NCBI GenBank assembly: GCA_947625215.1
Contig: CANQNL010000002.1
Coordinates: 4,297 to 68,296, forward strand
Origin: an uncultured Bacilli bacterium
Lineage (GTDB): Bacteria > Bacillota_I > Bacilli_A > RF39 > UBA660
Reading direction: 5' to 3'
Length of the DNA stretch: 64,000 bases
In this document: positions 20,362 to 29,481 of the stretch, in pieces
How positions within the stretch are numbered: position 1 is the stretch's first letter
Layout of the letters: each line of letters opens with the position of its first letter
Made by a program: the position numbers and the translations under genes
The notes under the pieces: model-generated
Seen by the model: the letters and a program-made list of their open reading frames with translations, nothing else
Told to the model about the DNA's origin: nothing
The model's database searches: none

Positions 20362-21903
20362 CTATATTTTTATATTTTTCTTTTTATTTATGAGATAATA
20401 AATTCTCTCCTTAACTTGTTTATATTGTTCGGTTTTAAATGTAAATAGGACAAAAATTACCATTACAATTCCAGTTATTAAAATGCCATCAACTATAAAT
20501 CCTAAAATACCTTGTATTGGAATGATATTGATAACAAAACCACTTATGATAAATGCAATAGCAGTTACAAAAAAGTAATATGCGTATGTTTTATAATATC
20601 TTAAGGGTGACGTTCCAAAAGCATTTTTATGTATAAAATATGGTTCATAACTAGTTAAAATAAATAATCTTGTTATAGATGTAGCTATTAAAACACCAAA
20701 CATTCCCATATAATTTACTAATATTATAGATAAAATGACATTCGCTAAAGCTGTTATAATTGGAACAAAACGGCCTTTTCTAAATAAGCCTAAAGTATTT
20801 CTATATGTATAATTAACATACCTCATACCATTTATATAAAAATCAAGTCCCAAAGCTATACTTATGCTTAAGCCTAAAATATAATTATTTCCTAACCAAA
20901 TAGTTACAAAATCATTTATAAGTAAGGTCATTGCGATAGATATATAGCCATATACAATAAACGATATAAACATGATCTGATAAAAGACACTTTCTTTTTT
21001 TGCTTTTTCTTTTATCGTATTTAAATTTCCTATACTTGATGTTATTGATTTAAACACAGAATCAAGTAAATTTTTTATCGAAGATGTTATAATGGTATAA
21101 TTTGATAAAAGACCAACGGCTCCTACACCTAAAAATGTCGAAATTATAATATTATCAGTACCTGTTGATAGTACATATCCTAACTGATAGAAAAATAATG
21201 ATTTAATATCGTTGAAAATACTTTTTTGTTCAGCTTTATCTAACTTTTTATATTCCTTTTCTTTGATATATGGGTACATTTTATCAGCTTTTTTAGAAGC
21301 TATTATATTATCTAACAATGTCGCTCCAATTTGTAATAATAAATAGACAATATAATTATGTGTAATTAATAAAAGTATTATTTGTAATATGTCTAGTACA
21401 ATAGATATTACAAGCGAAATAAGACTTAATATATAATCTTTTTGATGCCCAGTTATTATCGACCTTTTATACACAAAAAAGTACGACATTGTTGAATTTA
21501 TTAAAAATAGGATATAAATAAATATTAAATTTTCACTAATATTTGGTTGTTCTTTAATAAAGTAATGTAAGAAAGGAATAAGACACAAACCCATAACTAA
21601 AATAACTATGCCAATTATAAAATAGACTTTTTTATAGAAATGAATTAAAGTTTTTATTCTTTCTCTATCATCTTCAGCTATTGGTTTATACATTTTATAT
21701 ATTATTGCCGTACCAATTCCAAGTTCGGCAAATGATAACATTGTTAAAACATTGGTAAATAAACCATTAACACCTAAATATTCAGTGCCTAGTGTTTGTA
21801 TAAATATTGTTCGGCAAATAAAACTTATAATAATGTATATAACTTTTGAAATAATGGTGACACTTGCATTTCTTGCTGAATTTACAGTTCTTGATTCTTC
21901 CAT
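20362..21903 (-). CDS. wzx: Wzx-type (MOP superfamily) polysaccharide flippase
   Basis: 513 aa with about 14 TM segments. The N-terminal ARNASVTIISKVIYIIISFICRTIFIQTLGTEYLGVNGLF is typical of this family. Confidence 0.7.
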   Translation of the reverse strand: MEESRTVNSARNASVTIISKVIYIIISFICRTIFIQTLGTEYLGVNGLFTNVLTMLSFAELGIGTAIIYKMYKPIAEDDRERIKTLIHFYKKVYFIIGIVILVMGLCLIPFLHYFIKEQPNISENLIFIYILFLINSTMSYFFVYKRSIITGHQKDYILSLISLVISIVLDILQIILLLITHNYIVYLLLQIGATLLDNIIASKKADKMYPYIKEKEYKKLDKAEQKSIFNDIKSLFFYQLGYVLSTGTDNIIISTFLGVGAVGLLSNYTIITSSIKNLLDSVFKSITSSIGNLNTIKEKAKKESVFYQIMFISFIVYGYISIAMTLLINDFVTIWLGNNYILGLSISIALGLDFYINGMRYVNYTYRNTLGLFRKGRFVPIITALANVILSIILVNYMGMFGVLIATSITRLFILTSYEPYFIHKNAFGTSPLRYYKTYAYYFFVTAIAFIISGFVINIIPIQGILGFIVDGILITGIVMVIFVLFTFKTEQYKQVKERIYYLINKKKNIKI

Positions 21904-21918
21904 ATTTCTCCTTTATAT

Positions 21919-23112
21919 TTAATTAATGATTTTATTTATTTTTTTAATAATTTTATAGAGGAAAAAACGAGGTTTTAAAAATATTTTGCTTGGTAAAGAC
22001 ATTTTATGTTCCTTTAAATACTTTATTAATGCTCCACTTTGTATATCGTCGGATAGTAGAAATTTATATTTGAAAAATTTTTTGTTTTGATGATAAACTT
22101 GTAAATCAAATACATTTTTATAATCCTCTAATTTATTTATTGTCTCCAAAACTAATAATGTTCTCACACATTTTTGACAACAAGAACAATTATATCCATT
22201 ATCTTTTGGATTAATACAAACATTTAAGTATTTTTTTGCAATATCCCAATCATTTATTTTTTCGATTTTTTCAGCCCTTGTATATTGACAGCCATCTATA
22301 ACTAATTCAAATATTTCAGTAGATATCAAATGTGGCATATAATTTTCGGCATAACCAGCCATATCTATATCCCGTTCGGAAAGAGAATACTTGGAATTAT
22401 CATCATATGATGAGCTACTAGATGCAACATACCTTTTTATATATTTTTGTAAACAAAGAATACAAGAATATATAGCTAAATAACCAACTTGTGTCTCTCC
22501 TACCTTATGTGTAAATGCATGCAAATTGGAATCGATTAAATATACAGGCAAGCCTAATTCATCAGCTGCACCTTTGTTTAATTTAGCTCTATCAAGCCAA
22601 ACTTGCCTTGTTTTTTCATTTTCATAATCGCCGTGAGTCCCACAGTTTGCGAAAAATAAACTATTTATTCTAAAATTTTTATCAGTAGTTTCTATAAAAT
22701 TGTCATATATGGTAGTAAGGCAATCTACTCCACATGATATGCCAGTTCCGATTAAATTAGCTGGTCCTTTATCTGCTACTTTGAAACCATCTACAGTAAA
22801 ATTAACTTTCTTAGTATAATCAGAAAAACCATCAAATATATTCATTAAATAATGTGTAATATTATGATAGAAACGTGGAGAAATTTTTCCTTCTATATGC
22901 ACATCTTGGTGATAGTGCATTCCTAAATAAAGTGGAACTAAAGTAAAGGCATCATATACATCATCTGTTAACATATCAGCATTTTTATTTTCAACAGCTA
23001 TCCACATTGTCTTTTCTTCAAATGGATTTTCAAATTCAGTAACATTAAAATCAGCTTTTAAATATGTCCAACCATTGTTTTCTTCTTTTCTTAAATTGCT
23101 TATTACAAACAT
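21919..23112 (-). CDS. Hypothetical protein (Cys-rich, function unknown)
   Basis: 397 aa. GTGISCGVDC (a degenerate PP-loop-like SGGxDS?) and CSCCQKCVRT are noted. I recognise no family. Confidence 0.5.
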   Translation of the reverse strand: MFVISNLRKEENNGWTYLKADFNVTEFENPFEEKTMWIAVENKNADMLTDDVYDAFTLVPLYLGMHYHQDVHIEGKISPRFYHNITHYLMNIFDGFSDYTKKVNFTVDGFKVADKGPANLIGTGISCGVDCLTTIYDNFIETTDKNFRINSLFFANCGTHGDYENEKTRQVWLDRAKLNKGAADELGLPVYLIDSNLHAFTHKVGETQVGYLAIYSCILCLQKYIKRYVASSSSSYDDNSKYSLSERDIDMAGYAENYMPHLISTEIFELVIDGCQYTRAEKIEKINDWDIAKKYLNVCINPKDNGYNCSCCQKCVRTLLVLETINKLEDYKNVFDLQVYHQNKKFFKYKFLLSDDIQSGALIKYLKEHKMSLPSKIFLKPRFFLYKIIKKINKIIN

Positions 23113-23128
23113 ATACCTTCTCCTTCAC

Positions 23129-24865
23129 TTATTTTTTTATAATTTTTTTTAATCTATTTATGTTTTTTTCTCCTATTACATTTTTTATCATTTGTTTACC
23201 AGAAAAAGTTTGCACTAAATTATTCATTGTATTTAAGGCATCACTTTCTAGTTTTGCATCAGTAAAAATTTCAAAGATAATTGATTTTTCATTATCATTT
23301 ATAAATCTTTTAATATTAGTTAAATATTCTTCTTTATTAGAGGCACTTAAATAATCAAAGCCTAAATCTTCGGCATAATCTTTAACTAATTTTTTTGATT
23401 TATTACCATTATGCCCATCGGCAGCAATAAATTTTTCGGCCATTCCACTATCTAATTTACTTGCCCTATGTCTAGCAAGATGAAATTCTGCACCACAACC
23501 ATTATTAATTACAATTAACCTTAAATTGTTTTGAATTTCTCTATTTCCAAGTGAATTCATATCGTAGAAAAATGCTAAATCACCAACAATTCCATATACC
23601 TTTTTTGATGGATTATTTAATGATGCGCCAATTAAGGAAGAAACATTGCCATCAATTCCAAAACCACCAGTGTTGCTATAACAGAATAATTTTTGTTTAG
23701 GACTAAAATAATTCCAAGATCTTAATGTGTTTAAAATTCCTAAATGAAGAATACTGTTTTCAGGTAATAAATCAATGGTATTTTGAGCTACCCATATATT
23801 AGAAAATGGGAAATCTATTTCTTTTAATTTTTTATTTACCATTTCTTGTTCTGTAAGCCATTTTTGATAATACTCATTATTAGTAAAAACCTCTTTGCTA
23901 TTATTGTATTTTTTGAAAAACTCAAGCTCATCCATTTCAAAAACATAACGTAATTTTTTAAATGGATCTCTAATTTCACCATCAGGATTAACTCGCCATA
24001 CTGTTTTTGGATTTAATGATATATAAGCTCCAGACACATCACCAATATGGATTAAAGTATCAATGTTTTTTAATGGTGAAAAATATCCATTTTGATCACA
24101 TATTAAATTAGGCATAATTTTATATTTACCGTGATAATTACTTGTATGGTCACATAAAACTACAGCATTATATTTTTGGCAAAATTCTTCAACCTCTTTT
24201 GTTAAATTATCACTCCATTTTTTATGAGAACCTACAAAAATAGCTACATTATTAGAATTAATTAATGGAATATTGTCATTACTTTCAATTCTATCTATTT
24301 TTCTTTCTGAAGGAATCTCTGGAACATCAAAATTGTTGCTATATGTTGAGACTAAGTTGATATGTACTGGTCCACCACCGTTATGTCTGCATTCCAATAA
24401 AGCTTTATTTATATTTAGATTACATGCCCATCTATCTTCTTCGGAATGAACAGTATCAGCTAAAATGCTTACTTTAACCATATCATTTAATGGATTACTT
24501 CTATCTATTACTTGCGCAATATGCTGTCCGATTCGGCCAGGGTGCTGGGCACCAGTTATCGCAATTATTGGTAATTTTCGATAATAAGCTTCGGTCAAAC
24601 CCGAAATGTAATTTCTTGAAGCTGTTGCTCCCGTACAGGTTAAAACTACTGGTTCCCCGCTTTCGGTAGCTAAACCACAAGCCATATAACAAGCTGATCT
24701 TTCATCTACACAAGAATAGATTTCAAAAAACTCATCATTTTGAATACTAGCTAAAAAACTAATATGAGTTGTTCCTGGACTGGCAATAACCTTTTTAATA
24801 TTGTGTTTTTTAAGTAAACTAATTAAGATTTGCGCATTAATCTCATCAGTATATTTATTAGCCAT
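23129..24865 (-). CDS. Thiamine-diphosphate enzyme, MenD-like (left-operon copy)
   Basis: 578 aa. SPGTTHISFL...VDERSACYMACGLATESGEPVVLTCTGATASRNYISGLTEAYYRKLPIIAITG follows the MenD/SEPHCHC-synthase N-terminal pattern. A C-terminal ThDP motif GDLAFFYDMNSLG...NNGCG is present. Paralog of 41577..43316. Confidence 0.7.
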   Translation of the reverse strand: MANKYTDEINAQILISLLKKHNIKKVIASPGTTHISFLASIQNDEFFEIYSCVDERSACYMACGLATESGEPVVLTCTGATASRNYISGLTEAYYRKLPIIAITGAQHPGRIGQHIAQVIDRSNPLNDMVKVSILADTVHSEEDRWACNLNINKALLECRHNGGGPVHINLVSTYSNNFDVPEIPSERKIDRIESNDNIPLINSNNVAIFVGSHKKWSDNLTKEVEEFCQKYNAVVLCDHTSNYHGKYKIMPNLICDQNGYFSPLKNIDTLIHIGDVSGAYISLNPKTVWRVNPDGEIRDPFKKLRYVFEMDELEFFKKYNNSKEVFTNNEYYQKWLTEQEMVNKKLKEIDFPFSNIWVAQNTIDLLPENSILHLGILNTLRSWNYFSPKQKLFCYSNTGGFGIDGNVSSLIGASLNNPSKKVYGIVGDLAFFYDMNSLGNREIQNNLRLIVINNGCGAEFHLARHRASKLDSGMAEKFIAADGHNGNKSKKLVKDYAEDLGFDYLSASNKEEYLTNIKRFINDNEKSIIFEIFTDAKLESDALNTMNNLVQTFSGKQMIKNVIGEKNINRLKKIIKK

Positions 24866-24884
24866 ATTTATTCTTCCTTTCTTT

Positions 24885-26186
24885 TTATTTTTTTTCTTCT
24901 ATTTCACTTTTATTTTCTCTAGTAAAAGCATAAGTATAAAACATAAATAACATTGAAATTAAAACTGTTTCTTCGTAAATGGTAAAAATTCTCGCATAAG
25001 CCGTAAAGATTAATAAAGTTACAAAGATAAATAACTTATGCCACTTATTTAAATTTTTAGAAAAACTGGCAATAACTGAGTAGAAAAGATTTACTAAAAT
25101 TAGTAAGTATATAATGCCACCTGTATAAATTCTTGGTACCATATCATTTAAAGTAAAATGATTAGGTAAATAAGGTGTTTGTTCTAATAAAGAAATTGCC
25201 CCTATTCCTTTACCAAATAAATAACCATTTCCATTTTCTAAAGAATATTTAAGTAGTTCGATTCGCTCCTCACCATTTCCATTAGAATTATCTGATAAAC
25301 TATCAGTAACATTATCAAAGGTTCTTGTAATATGTTGTTCGATAATATCTTTATCAATGAACTCTTTAAAACTATCATTGAATGTATACACTCCAAAAAC
25401 AATAAAAACTATTGCAAGAAAGCCACAAGTGATTTGTCCAATTCTTTCTCTTTTTATTTTGATTTTATTTCCACTTTTAGAAAATAAAGCGGTAAAAATC
25501 ATTGGTATCAAGAATAACATTAACAAGAAATAATACATTCTATTATCATTAAAAGCTGAAATATAAATTGATGAAATAATTATAAAGATAAACATTATTT
25601 TAGCTATTTTACTTCTTGTTTTATTTTCATCTTTTAAATAAATATAATTAAGCATTAAACAAACTAATGTAAAAAAACATAATCTATGTGTACCATTAGT
25701 CCCAAGAAGTCCACATATTTTATCAAAATTCCACTCCTCGCCATATGGGTTAGAAAACAAAAAACCAGGGACATAAATTTGAATAAAAGTAATAATAGTA
25801 TTAATTACACAATATGCATTTAAAATTATAAAACTCGGATTAAGAATTAATTTCTCAAATTTTTCTTTATCAGCCATAAAGAATCTAAAACATAGAACAA
25901 TAGATAATGGAATAATTCCACGGCCGATAACTTCTTTAATCCAAAGACTATGAGCATCAGTAAGAATATAATTTATTACCAGATAAAGGATATATATAGC
26001 AAATGCCATAATTTCCTTATAAGTAAATTTCATTTTTTTGTAATTTATTATAAGTAATACAGCACAGGTTCCAACAGCTACATACCTTACTAACCACATT
26101 TGATTAGCCCAAACTAGAAATAAAACGCAAAAAGTCATCAAATAAAATGATACAACACAAATTATGTCATTAGTTTTTAATTTCAT
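24885..26186 (-). CDS. wzy: Wzy-like polysaccharide polymerase / O-antigen ligase-like membrane protein
   Basis: 433 aa with more than 10 TM segments and a large loop near the C-terminus. The call rests on position and topology only. Confidence 0.5.
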   Translation of the reverse strand: MKLKTNDIICVVSFYLMTFCVLFLVWANQMWLVRYVAVGTCAVLLIINYKKMKFTYKEIMAFAIYILYLVINYILTDAHSLWIKEVIGRGIIPLSIVLCFRFFMADKEKFEKLILNPSFIILNAYCVINTIITFIQIYVPGFLFSNPYGEEWNFDKICGLLGTNGTHRLCFFTLVCLMLNYIYLKDENKTRSKIAKIMFIFIIISSIYISAFNDNRMYYFLLMLFLIPMIFTALFSKSGNKIKIKRERIGQITCGFLAIVFIVFGVYTFNDSFKEFIDKDIIEQHITRTFDNVTDSLSDNSNGNGEERIELLKYSLENGNGYLFGKGIGAISLLEQTPYLPNHFTLNDMVPRIYTGGIIYLLILVNLFYSVIASFSKNLNKWHKLFIFVTLLIFTAYARIFTIYEETVLISMLFMFYTYAFTRENKSEIEEKK

Positions 26187-26203
26187 ATTTTCACCCTTTT
26201 CTT

Positions 26204-27229
26204 TTATATATCCATAGATTTTTTTAAATAATCTTTAGCCTTTTCTTTTTCTATTTTCAATATTTTATGACTTTCATTATAATCTTTGTTTAAATTATCA
26301 GCTGTTAGTCTTCCTTTATAAGTTTTGTCTTTTAATTTTAACAATGAAAGTAATTGTTCAATTCTGGTATACATTTTTTCTTCATTATCATTGCGTTCAT
26401 ATACTGTAAATGGTGTATCAAATAATACAGCAAATACACAAGCGTGAAATGAATCGGTACAAACTAAGAAAGCATTTTTTTCAAGATATAAAAATTCCTC
26501 TGGGCTTAAACTATAAAATTCACTATCTTTATCTAAAATATTAATAATTTTAGCGTTATTTTGTTTCGCAAATTTTTTTAAATCGTCCTTTATTTTTTTA
26601 TCTTGCTTACCAAGAAAATATGTTAATATATATTTTTCTGGAATATTCTTAGGTTTAACTATTATTTGTTCCCATTCTTCTTTAGAAAGTAACATTGTTG
26701 GATCAACTAAAACCTCTGATTTGATTTTTAAATCTTGTAGTATTTGTTTTCCACTTTCTTCTCTTACAGAAACACTTTTAAAATTACTCAAATATTTTTT
26801 ATACTCTTCTTTTACAGAATCTTTTATTTTTGATATTCCAAAACTAGCTGCATAAGAAATATTTTTTTCTTTAGGTGAATATTTAAGTAGGGTCATATCC
26901 TTATTTACACTTGCAAAATTATAATTCCATACTTGATCACTGCCAACTATTAAATAATCATAATGTGTATGTATTTTTTCTAATTTAAAATAGAAAATTG
27001 TATTTAAATATTTCTGAGAAAATTTTTTTAATTTTTTATATTTTAATTTATCTTCCTTAGAAATAGTGATTTTTGTTTTTATGTTTCTTTTTATATCTTT
27101 TAATGACATATAATTAACTGTCTCGACTGTAACTCCAATATCTTCTAAAAAACATTTTAAAGCATAATTTTGAAGACGATTACCATAGTTTATATAACCA
27201 TTTAATGTGACAATTCCGACTTTTTTCAT
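26204..27229 (-). CDS. Polysaccharide pyruvyl transferase family protein
   Basis: 341 aa with MKKVGIVTLNGYINYGNRLQNYAL and GSDQVWN blocks. Paralog of 39033..40154. Confidence 0.7.
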   Translation of the reverse strand: MKKVGIVTLNGYINYGNRLQNYALKCFLEDIGVTVETVNYMSLKDIKRNIKTKITISKEDKLKYKKLKKFSQKYLNTIFYFKLEKIHTHYDYLIVGSDQVWNYNFASVNKDMTLLKYSPKEKNISYAASFGISKIKDSVKEEYKKYLSNFKSVSVREESGKQILQDLKIKSEVLVDPTMLLSKEEWEQIIVKPKNIPEKYILTYFLGKQDKKIKDDLKKFAKQNNAKIINILDKDSEFYSLSPEEFLYLEKNAFLVCTDSFHACVFAVLFDTPFTVYERNDNEEKMYTRIEQLLSLLKLKDKTYKGRLTADNLNKDYNESHKILKIEKEKAKDYLKKSMDI

Positions 27230-28170
27230 ATGTTCCTCCTTTTTATATAACTATATAAATTAGGATTTAACCTAAAGATAAAATATTTGAGTTTATTTTT
27301 AACTGAAATATTTATTGTTATTTTTTTTCGGCAATTATTAAATTTATCTAATAATTCCTGTTTTTGCTTTTTATCTAAAATGTTAGTTAAAATACTATAA
27401 CAATGCATTATTGAATCCATAACTCTAAGAATCGATTTTTCATAATGAAAATTATCGTTTTTCTTTTTAAATTCTTCTGCCCAATGTTCAAAAGCACCAA
27501 TTTCATCTAATCTATCTATATTATTTGTTGACATAATACTATTTGTGTGAATCACCCTATTATATAAAGGAAGATTTAAATACGAAAATTTCTGGCATTT
27601 TGATAAAATATCATAAATTATATAGGTATCTTCATTAATTGTATTTATGGGATACTTGCAAGATTTTATAATTTCTGATTTATATAATTTATTTATTGGG
27701 TTGCCAAGCCTTCTTTCAGAAAATAAATAATCAAACATTTCTTCACCTTGAGCAGTAAATGAATTTCTTTCTTCAGCAATTAAATAATTTTTACTAGGAG
27801 TGTGCTGAAGAATATCACACATCGAAAAATCAGCATTATTTTCTTTTAAATTATCATACAAATATTGGCAGTAATTAACATCATAATAATCATCACTATC
27901 GCAAAAGCATAAATATTTTCCTTTTGCTAAAGATAAACCAACATTTCTTGTATAAGCAATTCCCTTATTTTTTTGATGATGTACTTTTATTCTTTTATCT
28001 TCTTTTTGATATTTTTTGCATATATCTAAAGATTTATCAGTAGAACCATCATCAATTAAAATAATTTCCAAATTTTTATATGTCTGATTTGTGATGCTGG
28101 TAATACATTTATCTAAGTATTTTTCACGATTATATATACATACTATTACGCTTATTAAATCTTTGTTCAT
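27226..28170 (-). CDS. Family 2 glycosyltransferase
   Basis: 314 aa with ISVIVCIYNREKYL, IILIDDGSTD and CDSDD (DxD). Confidence 0.85.
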   Translation of the reverse strand: MNKDLISVIVCIYNREKYLDKCITSITNQTYKNLEIILIDDGSTDKSLDICKKYQKEDKRIKVHHQKNKGIAYTRNVGLSLAKGKYLCFCDSDDYYDVNYCQYLYDNLKENNADFSMCDILQHTPSKNYLIAEERNSFTAQGEEMFDYLFSERRLGNPINKLYKSEIIKSCKYPINTINEDTYIIYDILSKCQKFSYLNLPLYNRVIHTNSIMSTNNIDRLDEIGAFEHWAEEFKKKNDNFHYEKSILRVMDSIMHCYSILTNILDKKQKQELLDKFNNCRKKITINISVKNKLKYFIFRLNPNLYSYIKRRNI

Positions 28171-28176
28171 AATATC

Positions 28177-29331
28177 TCACTTTTCTAATATTTCATCATA
28201 TAATTTCATTATATTTTCAGCATTTTTTATATCACTAAATTCTTTAGCTCTTTCATAACCATTTTGGCTAATTTTGTTTCTTTCTTCTAAAGGCATATTG
28301 TAAATTTTTATAATAATATCAGCCAAATCTTGATAATCATTATGTTTATAGATAAAACTTGAATTTTTAGTTACTATTTCTGGGCAAGCACCAGTATTTG
28401 GAACAATAGTAATTAATTTATTTGTCATATATTCAACAATTACTCTTCCAAATGCTTCTGATTTTGAGCACATAATTCCAACATTATAATCTTTCATAAT
28501 AATATCAATATTATCGATAAAGCTATGAAACTTTATATTTTGAAGATTGTAATTTTCTATCTTATTAAGTAGCATCTTTTTATAGTCTTTATTTGCTTCA
28601 CCATAAAATGAAACATTTATATTTTTGCGTATTTCAGCAGGTATTAAATTTAAAGCTTCTATAAGTTCTAATTGGCCTTTGCTTTCTTGAATGCCTCCTA
28701 AAAATAATATATTTAAATTTTTATCAGTATTTGTTTTTGCTTTTTCATTTAATTGAACGCCATTATAAATAACTTTTATTTTATTTTTATCAATACCTTT
28801 TTTTACAAAATTCTCTTTTATCACATTAGATATTGCAATAAATCTATCAGTATTATTATTTAAAAATGTTATATATTTTTTTCTTAAATATAAAAGTTTA
28901 TAATCACTATCGCCAAATTCTCTTAAATGCATAATATGTGGGATATGATATTTTTTACTTAATAAAGCCCCAAAGTCATCACGATTTACATTAGTATGGA
29001 TTAAAGATATTTCATTCATATCAATTAATTTATCTATCTGTTTTAAGGCTAATTTATTGCGAATAAAATATTTTAATTTTAAAAGTGGAAATAATATTTT
29101 TTTAGCAACTTTTTTAAATTTTGTAATTCCTTCACAAACAGCAAAACCTTCATAATTTAAAATGTAATATTTTATATTATATTTTTCACACATTTTAGTT
29201 AATTGACCCTCTTTATTTATAAGAATAATTGGTTCATATTGTTTGTGCATATTTTTTGCCATATAAACAAGGGATTTAGTAGCTCCTCCTATTTGTATTT
29301 CATTAGCAATAAATAAAATTTTCTTTTTCAT
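28177..29331 (-). CDS. Family 4 (GT-B) glycosyltransferase
   Basis: 384 aa with a GGATKS N-terminus and a C-terminal SKSEAFGRVIVEYM (E-x7-E region). Confidence 0.8.
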   Translation of the reverse strand: MKKKILFIANEIQIGGATKSLVYMAKNMHKQYEPIILINKEGQLTKMCEKYNIKYYILNYEGFAVCEGITKFKKVAKKILFPLLKLKYFIRNKLALKQIDKLIDMNEISLIHTNVNRDDFGALLSKKYHIPHIMHLREFGDSDYKLLYLRKKYITFLNNNTDRFIAISNVIKENFVKKGIDKNKIKVIYNGVQLNEKAKTNTDKNLNILFLGGIQESKGQLELIEALNLIPAEIRKNINVSFYGEANKDYKKMLLNKIENYNLQNIKFHSFIDNIDIIMKDYNVGIMCSKSEAFGRVIVEYMTNKLITIVPNTGACPEIVTKNSSFIYKHNDYQDLADIIIKIYNMPLEERNKISQNGYERAKEFSDIKNAENIMKLYDEILEK

Positions 29332-29481
29332 TAAATATCACATCCTACTTGTATTCCAATTCATCATCTGATTCTAAAATAGCAGAATATAATGTTCATA
29401 TATCGGCAACAAAAATATTAAATAGTTACGTCAATGAAAATAACAATAAATTGTTTCAACATTATATTTTGACTATTTATT

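Noticed and set aside
29332-29481. The 150-bp gap inside the left operon as a definite internal promoter, which would make the distal 13 genes independent of the switch.
   Set aside because: I found only weak -10/-35 candidates on the minus strand and no terminator hairpin. It remains possible and is listed as a check under the findings, but it is not supported well enough to annotate.
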